NCBI GenBank assembly: GCA_963766175.1
Contig: CAVXZE010000021.1
Location: forward strand, 64,363-128,362
Origin: an uncultured delta proteobacterium
Lineage (GTDB): Bacteria; Myxococcota_A; UBA9160; UBA6930
DNA length: 64,000 bases
Direction of reading: 5' to 3'
The notes below the pieces were generated by a model. It was not told where the DNA came from and ran no database searches. It saw nothing but the letters and a program-made list of their open reading frames with translations. The translations under genes were made by a program, and so were the position numbers. This document shows positions 36,167 through 44,581 of this stretch, one piece after another. How positions within the stretch are numbered: position 1 is the stretch's first letter; the number at the start of each line of letters is the position of its first letter.

Positions 36167-37339
36167 ATGCCCAAGACCCCGCCCAAGCTGAGGGATGTCT
36201 ACGTCGTCGGCGTCGGAATGACGCCGTTCGCGCGCCATGAGGGAAAGACGGTCGTCGATCTGGGCAGCTGGGCGATTCGCGACGCGCTGGAGGACGCCGG
36301 TCTACCCTTCGAGGCGGTGGAGGCCGCCTGGTGCGGGCACGTGGGCCAGGGCTCCACCGCTGGCCAGAAGGTGGTCGGCGCCGTGGGACAGAGTGGAATC
36401 CCGGTGATGAACGTCGAGAACGCCTGCGCGAGCGGCACCACGGCCTTCCGTGGGGCGTATATGCAGGTCGCCTCCGGAATGGCCGATGTCGCTCTCGCCG
36501 TCGGCTTCGAGAGGATGGGGCGCGGCGCGCTTCCGATGCCCAAGACCCCGGGTGAGAAGTCCGATGCCCCCCCGCCGAAGCAGGAGCCGAGCAAGAAGCC
36601 CCCGCCTCCCTTCCCCAGCCTCTTTGCGGGTCTGTTTCGGGAGCACAGCCGGCGCTACGGAACCACCGTGGAGCAGATGGCGAAGGTCGGTGTGAAGAAC
36701 CACCATCACGGCGCCCTGAACCCGCGCGCCCAGTACCGGGACGAGGTCACGGTGCAACAGGTGCTGGAGGCGCGCGAGATCGCCGATCCGCTGACCCTGC
36801 TGATGTGTTGCCCCACCGGCTCGGGCTCGGCCGCGGCGCTGCTCTGCAGCGAGGACGTGGCCCGTCAGGCCAGAGGTGAAGCGATCCAGATCCTGGCCTC
36901 CACGCTCGTCTCCGAGGCGGCCAACACCACCGGCGACCCCCTACACGCCGTCGTGGAGATCAACGAACGGGCTTCGAAGACGGCCTACGATCTCGCTGGG
37001 GTCAAGCCGGAGAATATCGAGGTCTGCGAGCTGCACGACTGCTTCGCGATTGCCGAGATCCTTCACTACGAGAACCTCGGATTCTGCGAGCGCGGCGAGG
37101 GGGGGCGGTTCATCGACGAGGGCATGAGCGCCATCGGCGGACAGGTGACCGTCAACCCAAGCGGCGGCCTTCTGGCCAAGGGACACCCGCTGGGGGCAAC
37201 GGGAGTCGCTCAGGTCTTCGAGATCGTCACCCAGCTGCGGGGCGAGGCGGGCGACCGACAGGTGCGCAATGCCCGGATCGGTCTGACCCACTGCCAGGGC
37301 TTCGGCGGCGCCACCGGCGTCCACATCTTTACCCGCTGA
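36167..37339 (+). CDS. Thiolase-family protein (SCP-x / lipid-transfer-type acetyl-CoA acetyltransferase)
   Basis: 390 aa from ATG 36167, with GAGGGAGAAGAG upstream. The catalytic Cys is in NVENACASGT, and C-terminal motifs are NPSGG and GLTHCQGFGG. The first 436 codons of track ORF 34859.. are antisense shadow. Confidence 0.9.
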   Translation: MPKTPPKLRDVYVVGVGMTPFARHEGKTVVDLGSWAIRDALEDAGLPFEAVEAAWCGHVGQGSTAGQKVVGAVGQSGIPVMNVENACASGTTAFRGAYMQVASGMADVALAVGFERMGRGALPMPKTPGEKSDAPPPKQEPSKKPPPPFPSLFAGLFREHSRRYGTTVEQMAKVGVKNHHHGALNPRAQYRDEVTVQQVLEAREIADPLTLLMCCPTGSGSAAALLCSEDVARQARGEAIQILASTLVSEAANTTGDPLHAVVEINERASKTAYDLAGVKPENIEVCELHDCFAIAEILHYENLGFCERGEGGRFIDEGMSAIGGQVTVNPSGGLLAKGHPLGATGVAQVFEIVTQLRGEAGDRQVRNARIGLTHCQGFGGATGVHIFTR

Positions 37340-37351
37340 CTCGGGTCATTC

Positions 37352-38488
37352 ATGAGTGATGGACACGCCCTGTACCCGGAGCGACTCGCGCGGATCCGCA
37401 GGACGATCGAGCTACAGCCGGTGGATCGCATTCCCTTCGTCTTCATGGGCACCGCATTCGCGCCTCGCTACATGGGCGTATCCATGGCGGAGTTCTGCGC
37501 CGACCCGGACCTCCGCGTCGACGTGACCCTGGCGGCGATGGATCGACTGGGTGGAGAGTTCGACGGCATCAATTCCCTTCCCGCCGGGCGCATCAGCGTC
37601 GCCCTCAGCGCTGCCTGGCTGTCTCGCGTTGCGGTGCCGGGCCGGGATCTGCCCGACGACAGCCTCTGGCAGGTGGACGAGGCCGAGGTGATGACCGTCG
37701 ACGACTACGACACCATCATCGATCGCGGCTGGCTGGCGTTCCTGGCAGAGTACATGCCGCGCGTCATCGATCCGGCCGAGCTCGAAGCCAACGCCACCTG
37801 GATGGGGAACAACCTCTCCAGCGTCGTGCAGCGATGCCAGGAGCGGGGCTACGTCCCCGTCTCCGGCGGCGGAACGACGATCCCCTTCGAGTGTCTCTGC
37901 GGCGGGCGCTCCATGGAGGAGTTCTTTCTCGATCTCCACCGGATTCCCGACAAGGTGAAGGCCGCCCTCGACGCGATGCAGCCCGGGATGATTCAGATCG
38001 GCGTGGACGGGGCTCGTCGATCCGGGGTGCCGGCGGTGTGGGTGGGCGGCTGGCGAGCGGCCAGCGCCATGCTGTCCCCGAAGATGTGGAACGAGTTCGT
38101 CTTCCCCTATTACCTGGAGATGGTCACCCGACTCGCCGAGAACGACATCGTGTCGGTGCTGCACTTCGATCACGACTGGAACCGTGACCTCTCCCGGCTG
38201 CGCGAGCTTCCGGCCAGGCGCTGCATCCTTAATCTGGACGGCTGGACGGACATTCGTCGCGCCAAGGAAATCCTGGGAGATCACATGGCGATCATGGGCG
38301 ACGTTCCCGCTCCCCTTCTCTCCACCGGAACCCCCGACAAGGTCTACGCCTACGTGCGCGACCTGGCTCGCGACGTGGGCCCCACCGGTCTGATCCTGTG
38401 CCCCGGCTGTGACGCTCCCATCGACGCCAAGCCCGAAAACATGGAGGCCTTCGCTGCGGCCAGCCTGGAGTTCGGAAAGGTGGTTTGA
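37352..38488 (+). CDS. URO-D family protein (divergent)
   Basis: 378 aa, starting 13 nt after the thiolase stop. The N-terminus ERLARIRRTIELQPVDRIPFVFMG and the overall pattern are URO-D-like, with LHFDHD in place of H-x-C-G. Confidence 0.75.
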   Translation: MSDGHALYPERLARIRRTIELQPVDRIPFVFMGTAFAPRYMGVSMAEFCADPDLRVDVTLAAMDRLGGEFDGINSLPAGRISVALSAAWLSRVAVPGRDLPDDSLWQVDEAEVMTVDDYDTIIDRGWLAFLAEYMPRVIDPAELEANATWMGNNLSSVVQRCQERGYVPVSGGGTTIPFECLCGGRSMEEFFLDLHRIPDKVKAALDAMQPGMIQIGVDGARRSGVPAVWVGGWRAASAMLSPKMWNEFVFPYYLEMVTRLAENDIVSVLHFDHDWNRDLSRLRELPARRCILNLDGWTDIRRAKEILGDHMAIMGDVPAPLLSTGTPDKVYAYVRDLARDVGPTGLILCPGCDAPIDAKPENMEAFAAASLEFGKVV

Positions 38489-38497
38489 TCAGCCCGC

Positions 38498-39271
38498 TCA
38501 GATTCGCCGGTAGGCGAGGTGTCGCAGCTTCCAGACGATCCCAACGCTGGGGTGAGCCTGGTTCCGCAAGGCGTCGAGATCTCGTTCGAGCCGCGCGATC
38601 TCCTGCTCCTCGACGTGGTCGCGAACGAAGGGATGATCGCGCCAGGTCCGGAGGTTCATCGCAAACATGGCCGCCGCGTCGGAGGGGAAGACGGGAAACT
38701 CGAGGATCCGGCTCTTCCACTTCGCGAGGGAGTGGGGAACCGATGCGCTCTCCAGCTCCGAGCCGATGTAGAGCTGGTTCGACTGGCTTCGGAGCATCTG
38801 GTCGAGGATCTCCAGGTATCGCTCGAGCGCGGGTGAGTTCGTCGCGATGGACTCCACCTCCTCCACCATCAGAAGTCCTCCCGGAACCAGCTGCGTTGCC
38901 CAACGCTCGATTGCCTGTATCGGATCGCGAAGGTGCGTCAGGAGGAGGCGGCAGTAGAGGAGATCTGCGGGGCCCACCGGAAACGGGACGACGTTCACAT
39001 CGTGAACGCGGAAGGCGACTCGTTCGGAGGCAAAGCGACCGGCGCGTTCGACGAACTCGGCGGAGAGATCGAGCCCGACCGTGCGCCGGCATTGCAGGAC
39101 TTCGGAGAGGAGCGCCGTGCTGTGACCCGGCCCACAACCGAGATCGACCCCGAGATTCCTCGCGCCCGGTTCCGCCTCCCGCAACAACGTCCGAGTCGCG
39201 GGCTCGAAGACGCGCGCCACCATCTCGAGCCGGGCCGACGCGAGCTCGGAATCTCCGAATGCGTAGCTCAA
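38498..39271 (-). CDS. Class I SAM-dependent methyltransferase
   Basis: 257 aa with SAM motif I GVDLGCGPGHST. Confidence 0.85.
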   Translation of the reverse strand: MSYAFGDSELASARLEMVARVFEPATRTLLREAEPGARNLGVDLGCGPGHSTALLSEVLQCRRTVGLDLSAEFVERAGRFASERVAFRVHDVNVVPFPVGPADLLYCRLLLTHLRDPIQAIERWATQLVPGGLLMVEEVESIATNSPALERYLEILDQMLRSQSNQLYIGSELESASVPHSLAKWKSRILEFPVFPSDAAAMFAMNLRTWRDHPFVRDHVEEQEIARLERDLDALRNQAHPSVGIVWKLRHLAYRRI

Positions 39272-39431
39272 TCGACCCCTCCTGATTCCGACCGCTGTAG
39301 AGACAGTGGGTGCATCGTCTCGCGAGCCGAGCGCCAGTGCAAGCCGGCGACGGCGCGGCTGCGGGCCACCACGATCTCTCGCCGCAGGGTCTCCCGGCAG
39401 ATCTTGGTTAGAATCAGCCGCGGAGGTGCGG

Positions 39432-40838
39432 ATGTCGGAGAATGTCGTCGCTCAGCTGGACCCGATTTTCAGGCCGAAGTCTCTGGCGCTGATCGGTGCA
39501 AGCAACAACCCCTCGAAATGGGGGGGCATGGTGCTCGGCCGCGCCCTCTCCTGCGCCTTTCGCGGCCGCATCTATCCGGTCAATCCGAAAGAAACGGAGA
39601 TCTCGGGTCTGCGTGCCTATCGCGATGTCCTGGAGATCCCCGATCCCGTCGATCTGGCCATCTTCACGATCCCCGCCGCAGAGATCCCGGCAACCATGAA
39701 GAGCTGCGTGGAGAAGGGCATCAAGGGAGCAGTCGTCATCTCCGCGGACTTCGCCGAGACAGGCGAGCGAGGGAGGGCTCTCGAACGGGAAACCGTCCGG
39801 ATCGCACGGGAAGGTGGACTGCGATTCATCGGCCCCAACGGAAACGGGATGTGGACATCCGCCGTCGGACTGAACGCCTCTCCTCTCCCGACTCCCTTGC
39901 CGGGGAGCCTGGCCATGATCAGCCAGAGCGGCATGTTCGGAGGGGCGGCCATCCACGCAACCTTGAGCAAGGGTTTCGGCCTGAGCAAGTTTGTCGCCAT
40001 GGGCAACCAGGCCGACCTCACCGCCGCGGACTACCTGGCGTACCTGAGCAGCGACGAAGATACCCGGGTCATCGCACTCTATCTGGAAGGCCTGAAGGAA
40101 GGCCGCAGGTTTCTCGAGGTGGCGAGAGAAGTCTCACGGCAGAAACCGATCGTGGTGTTGAAGGGAGGACGATCGGCGCCGGGAGCGAGGGCGACCCTAT
40201 CGCACACGGCCTCGATCGCGGGCGAAGACAGCATCTTCGACGCCGTCTGCCGGCAGGCCGGACTGATCCGGGTCTCCCAGCTCGAGCACCTCTTCCTGAT
40301 GGCCGAGGCGCTGCTCAGCCAGCCGCTGCCCGGAGGAGACCGGATTGCCGTGGTCGGCAATGGCGGACAGGGGGTCGCTACCGTCGACAACCTGGCGGCA
40401 CTCGGCATCGACGTGCCCGAATTCGCTGAACAGGACCAGCTCGATCTGAAGAAGCTCCTGCCTCCGCACGCCCCGATTCCGAGAAATCCCGTGGACTTCG
40501 CGGCGGGGGCAATGGACACCAGCGACGAGGTCAACGTGATCGAAAAGATCGCATCCCTCGACTACATCGACGGCATCATCACCAACGTGCCGAGAGAGAG
40601 CAGCTTCAAGTCCTCGTCCCACGCCGAGCGCAAGAAGGCGGTGATCACGGCTGCCGACCAATTCGCCCGCATCCCCGAGAAGTACGGCAAGCCGATCATC
40701 ACCCAGAAGCTGATGCCATCCGAGACCGTCGTCGAGCTTCTGCGGCAAGGCGGGATCCCGATGTACGACACGCCCCAGGAATGCGCCCTCGCCATGTCCG
40801 CCCTGACCCGCTACGCCCGGATCAAGAACCGGCCCTGA
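39432..40838 (+). CDS. ADP-forming acyl-CoA synthetase (ACD) alpha-type subunit, paralogue 1
   Basis: ATG 39432 lies after GGAGG. It has a CoA-binding N-terminus (IFRPKSLALIGASNNPSKWG), FIGPNGNGMW and a phospho-His loop (LSHTASIAGE). 468 aa. Confidence 0.85.
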   Translation: MSENVVAQLDPIFRPKSLALIGASNNPSKWGGMVLGRALSCAFRGRIYPVNPKETEISGLRAYRDVLEIPDPVDLAIFTIPAAEIPATMKSCVEKGIKGAVVISADFAETGERGRALERETVRIAREGGLRFIGPNGNGMWTSAVGLNASPLPTPLPGSLAMISQSGMFGGAAIHATLSKGFGLSKFVAMGNQADLTAADYLAYLSSDEDTRVIALYLEGLKEGRRFLEVAREVSRQKPIVVLKGGRSAPGARATLSHTASIAGEDSIFDAVCRQAGLIRVSQLEHLFLMAEALLSQPLPGGDRIAVVGNGGQGVATVDNLAALGIDVPEFAEQDQLDLKKLLPPHAPIPRNPVDFAAGAMDTSDEVNVIEKIASLDYIDGIITNVPRESSFKSSSHAERKKAVITAADQFARIPEKYGKPIITQKLMPSETVVELLRQGGIPMYDTPQECALAMSALTRYARIKNRP

Positions 40839-41013
40839 GAGGCCCGGCGCAGCGAGAATCGTCACGAAATCCTTGGGCTTGGGGGCGGTTCTGCCGACGA
40901 TCCCGGAGCCTGGGATCGGGTGCAGGTCGGTGAGAATTCCGAACAGATCGAGCGGCCGGGATGATAGAATCGAGCCCTCGCGGAGGGGCGAGACCTGACC
41001 CGAGGATCGCTCG

Positions 41014-41958
41014 ATGTCCGGTCGCGCTGCCCCGATCGCGGTGGTTCTCTGCGCCGCCCTCGCCGCGGGCGCCGGAGGGGCGGCCGCCGACTTCGCTCCC
41101 GGGGAACGAGTGGCCCACCTGGAAGCCCCTTTGCCGCTGGTGCGCGCTCTCCCCGCCCCAGCCCACTACCCGGCGAGCCTGCTCCGGCCGGCCTTCCGCG
41201 AACGTTGGGACGAGAGCACCCGCCGTGAGCGGCGTCGGGACTACGAATCTGCGGCTGCGTTGCGAAAGTCGCTGGCAACCGAGCTGCGGGATGACGTGCA
41301 CCTCCACTGGCGGATCGCGCGGGACACCCTTCGCGCCGCAGAGCAAGTCCCGCCGGGCGAGACGACCCGACGCAGAGCGCTGTATGCAGAGGCGCTCGAC
41401 TGGGCGAAGCGGGGGCGCGATCTGGACCCGAGCTGCGGGGAATGCTGCCTCTACGAATTCGCAGCCAGTGCGCGGCTGCTGGCGCCGTCCGGGGCGCTGC
41501 CCTCGCCTCAGCGTCTCCGGCGCGTTGCGACGACCCTGGAAGCCTGCCTCGAAGATCCGCCAACCTGGAGGGATGGCCCGGACGAGTCGGAGCTGGGAAA
41601 CCTCTACTACGGCGCCGCGACCTTCTACCGCCGGCTGCCCCGATCGCGCTGGTTCCAGTGGGTCGCCGGCGCGCGCGGCGACCCCGAGCGCGCAGTCACC
41701 TTGGGGCGCCGCGCCCTCTCACTCGCTCCCGACCGCATCGACTTTCACGTGGAGCTGGGAGCCTCGCTGCTCTGCCTCGCCGCCGAGCGGGGCGATCCGG
41801 AGGTGCGCGCGGAGGGGGTCCGATGGCTCGAGCGCGCCACCGCGCTGCCCCAGCGGCGGCCTGGAGACGCGACCGATCGGGAGCGTGCTCGTCTGATGCT
41901 CGACGATCCGACCCGCGCCTGTGGCGACTCGCGGGGCGGCTTCTCGCGGGGCGGCTAG
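41014..41958 (+). CDS. Secreted hypothetical helical-repeat protein
   Basis: 314 aa. It has a signal peptide (IAVVLCAALAAGAGGAAA), GAGGA 7 nt upstream of the ATG, and helical/TPR-like composition. No family recognised. Confidence 0.6.
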   Translation: MSGRAAPIAVVLCAALAAGAGGAAADFAPGERVAHLEAPLPLVRALPAPAHYPASLLRPAFRERWDESTRRERRRDYESAAALRKSLATELRDDVHLHWRIARDTLRAAEQVPPGETTRRRALYAEALDWAKRGRDLDPSCGECCLYEFAASARLLAPSGALPSPQRLRRVATTLEACLEDPPTWRDGPDESELGNLYYGAATFYRRLPRSRWFQWVAGARGDPERAVTLGRRALSLAPDRIDFHVELGASLLCLAAERGDPEVRAEGVRWLERATALPQRRPGDATDRERARLMLDDPTRACGDSRGGFSRGG

Positions 41959-42175
41959 AACAAGTGGGGTGGCTGCTCGTCTGAGGAGATCTGCCCCAGG
42001 GGCTCCAGCGGCGGGGGCGACTGGCCGATCGACCAAGGGAACGCTCTTTCCGATAGAGGGAAAGGGATTTCCGTTGCCCTCGGGAATAGGGTCTGGTGCC
42101 GCAGGAGGGCGCAGTAGAGACCTGGCCAGCTTCTTGCTACGGCTGCCGGGGGAGATCTCCGTCGGAGGAGGAAAC

Positions 42176-43366
42176 ATGCGGGCGTTGCTCGGCATGGCGG
42201 TCGCTCTTGCACTGGCATGGGCTGCACCGGCCGCGGCCGTGATCATCGCGTCGGGGGACGGCACGGGGAACACCTCTGCGCCGCCAGACGACCCGGGCTG
42301 GGACAACGTCGTCAACCTCAATGGGCTCACGGGGGTCTACATCGGGAACGGCTGGGTCCTGACGGCGAACCACGTGGGCGCGCGAAGCATGATCATCGGC
42401 AGCGACGTTTACGAACCGGTTCCTGGCTCGAAGGTGCGGCTCCAGACAGATGTCTCGAACCCCGCCGATCTGGCGCTCTTCCAGATCCTGCGCGATCCCG
42501 GCCTTCCCGACGTCGAAATCTCCGCCTCCGCGCCGCCGCTCGGGGCGGACGTCGTCATGATCGGACGCGGTCGCAACCGGGGCGCAGACACCTCGGCCTG
42601 CTACCCCCTCCGACAGGGCTGGCTGTGGGGAACGGGAAATACCATGCGCTGGGGCACCAACGCCGTCGAGGAGAAGGGCATCAACGTGTCGATCTCCGGA
42701 ACGCTGACACGCGCCTTCTCCACCGAGCTCAGCGCGTCTCGTCAGACGGACCACGAGGCCCAGGCTGCGACTGGCGACTCCGGCGGCGCCGTCTTCGTCA
42801 AGAACGGTGCAACCTGGGAGCTCGCGGGCATCATGACCGCGATCGGCACCTGGGGGGAATGCAACCTTGGCGCCGCGCTCTACGACAACCTCACCTATGC
42901 TGGCGACCTCTCCTTCTACTTCGACCAGATCGACGATATCGCTTCCGTTCCAGCCTGCGACGACGGCATCGACCAGGACGGCGACGGACTCGTCGACTAT
43001 CCAGATGACTGGGGCTGTGACGATCCGCTGGATCCGTTCGAGACTTCGGACGCGCTTCCCTGCGACGACGGCATCGACAACGATGGCGACGGCAGGGTCG
43101 ATTTCGATCCGGTGACCTTCGCCGATCCCGGCGACGAGACCACTCTCCCCGCCGGTGAGGGAGACCCGGGGTGCTGGAGCCTCACCTGGAGCACCGAGAG
43201 CTCCCAATGCCAGGACGGTATCGACAATGATGCCGATGGAACGATCGACTACGATGCGAGGCCTCTCGGCCCTCGGCTACGTAGCGACGGAGCCGGATCC
43301 CACTGCGTCGGCCTCCCGTGGCAGAGGACGGCGAGTCGTCTTTCTGTGGCCTCGGCGCGGAGCTGA
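42176..43366 (+). CDS. Secreted trypsin-like (S1) serine protease with Cys-rich DGxD(N)DGDG repeats; C-terminal anchor out of frame
   Basis: ATG 42176 lies after GGAGGAGG, followed by a signal peptide. The catalytic His is in LTANHV and the catalytic Ser in GDSGGAVF. There are three CDDGIDxDGDG repeats. The as-read C-terminus (...LPWQRTASRLSVASARS) looks non-native. Confidence 0.8.
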   Translation: MRALLGMAVALALAWAAPAAAVIIASGDGTGNTSAPPDDPGWDNVVNLNGLTGVYIGNGWVLTANHVGARSMIIGSDVYEPVPGSKVRLQTDVSNPADLALFQILRDPGLPDVEISASAPPLGADVVMIGRGRNRGADTSACYPLRQGWLWGTGNTMRWGTNAVEEKGINVSISGTLTRAFSTELSASRQTDHEAQAATGDSGGAVFVKNGATWELAGIMTAIGTWGECNLGAALYDNLTYAGDLSFYFDQIDDIASVPACDDGIDQDGDGLVDYPDDWGCDDPLDPFETSDALPCDDGIDNDGDGRVDFDPVTFADPGDETTLPAGEGDPGCWSLTWSTESSQCQDGIDNDADGTIDYDARPLGPRLRSDGAGSHCVGLPWQRTASRLSVASARS

Positions 43367-43413
43367 CCCTGCTGCTGCCCCCGCTCATCTGGGTGCATCG
43401 CCGGCGGCGTTGA
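43345..43413 (+). other. Out-of-frame C-terminal sorting tail (Cys-Gly motif + hydrophobic helix + RRRR-stop), MYXO-CTERM/PEP-CTERM-like
   Basis: The frame -1 relative to the protease reads CGLGAELTLLLPPLIWVHRRRR-stop. The stop falls directly after the Arg cluster, as in sortase/exosortase-type tails. Confidence 0.55.
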
Positions 43414-43544
43414 CGTTCACCGCCCGGCAGCCATGACGGCCGCCGTGGGGGCCGTACCACGGGTCAGCCAGGATCTCCTTGCGTCCTGGGCATCCCGTGA
43501 CGGAAAATACGGTGTGGGGGATCAGAGCGGAGGAGCGACGAGAA

Positions 43545-43931
43545 ATGGTCGCACGAAAGAAGCAGACCGCACGAGCCAAGACCACCGGGAAGAAGGCGAC
43601 GAGCCGGAAGAGCCCTCGAGAGCAGGCGCAGGCGGCGCTCGACGACTCGCTCCGGCAGCTCGAAAAGAGGTTGCCGAAGAACCTCGCGAGCCTGGCGCGC
43701 GATCTGCGCCGGAACCTGAGCAAGTTCCAGCGCCAGATCGACAGGGCCCGCAAGGAGCGCGAGGACCGCTGGAACCGGGTCGAGGACCAGATTCGCCGCG
43801 ATGCGGTAAAGGTGCTCCGCCGGCTGGAGAAGGCCGTGGAGCCACAGCGGAAGACCGGTGCGCCCAAGAAGGCCAACCGGAAGAAGGCGACGCCAGCCAA
43901 GACCGCCCCGGAAAAGACCGCGGACCGCTGA
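43545..43931 (+). CDS. Small basic coiled-coil protein (phasin/histone-like composition)
   Basis: ATG 43545 lies after GGAGGAG. The protein is 128 aa. Its termini are Lys/Arg/Ala/Thr-rich (KKQTARAKTTGKKATSRK, KKANRKKATPAKTAPEKT) and flank a heptad-like core. Confidence 0.55.
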   Translation: MVARKKQTARAKTTGKKATSRKSPREQAQAALDDSLRQLEKRLPKNLASLARDLRRNLSKFQRQIDRARKEREDRWNRVEDQIRRDAVKVLRRLEKAVEPQRKTGAPKKANRKKATPAKTAPEKTADR

Positions 43932-43989
43932 ACCGGAATGCAGTCGACGTAGCGCGGAGACAGGCTCGGTGCCGTCGTAGAGTTATCGG

Positions 43990-44550
43990 CTACCGAGGCT
44001 TCTCCAACAGAACCGAGCGGCTTCTCTTGATGTCGGGACGGTCGACGATCGAAAGGCCTGCCTTCCGGGCGGCCGCCGTCGTCCCTGCGAGCGCTTCTTC
44101 GGAAACGTGGCCGCGCGGTTCGGCGATCAGGAAACGGCCTCCGGGAGCCAGCGCATCTCCGATCTCTGCCAGGAACGGCGCCGCGTCCGGGACCTCGTGC
44201 ACCACCGCATAGGCCAGGGCAAAGTCGATCTCGCCCGCCAGATCCCGAAGACCGAGGCTCCGCGCCGAGCAGACGCGGGTTTCGATTCGATCCGAGACGC
44301 CGGCGCGAGCCGCACGCTTGCGCAGCGATCGGATCATCCGCTCCTGAAGGTCGACGCAGATGACGCGTCCACTGGGACCGACCAGCTCGGCCATTGGAAG
44401 GCTGAAGAATCCCATCGCGCACCCGACATCCAACGCGATCGAACCGCTCGTCAGGTATGGACCAAGCACCTCTTCGGGTTTCTCCCACCAGCGTCGTATC
44501 GGGCTGGCGAGCAGATAGCCCATCCACCAGGGACAGATACGTTCGGCCAT
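43990..44550 (-). CDS. Class I SAM-dependent methyltransferase
   Basis: 186 aa. It has motif I ALDVGCAMGFFS and post-I VICVDLQ. Confidence 0.85.
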   Translation of the reverse strand: MAERICPWWMGYLLASPIRRWWEKPEEVLGPYLTSGSIALDVGCAMGFFSLPMAELVGPSGRVICVDLQERMIRSLRKRAARAGVSDRIETRVCSARSLGLRDLAGEIDFALAYAVVHEVPDAAPFLAEIGDALAPGGRFLIAEPRGHVSEEALAGTTAAARKAGLSIVDRPDIKRSRSVLLEKPR

Positions 44551-44581
44551 CTCGATTCCTCCATCCGCGCTGCCACCGAGC

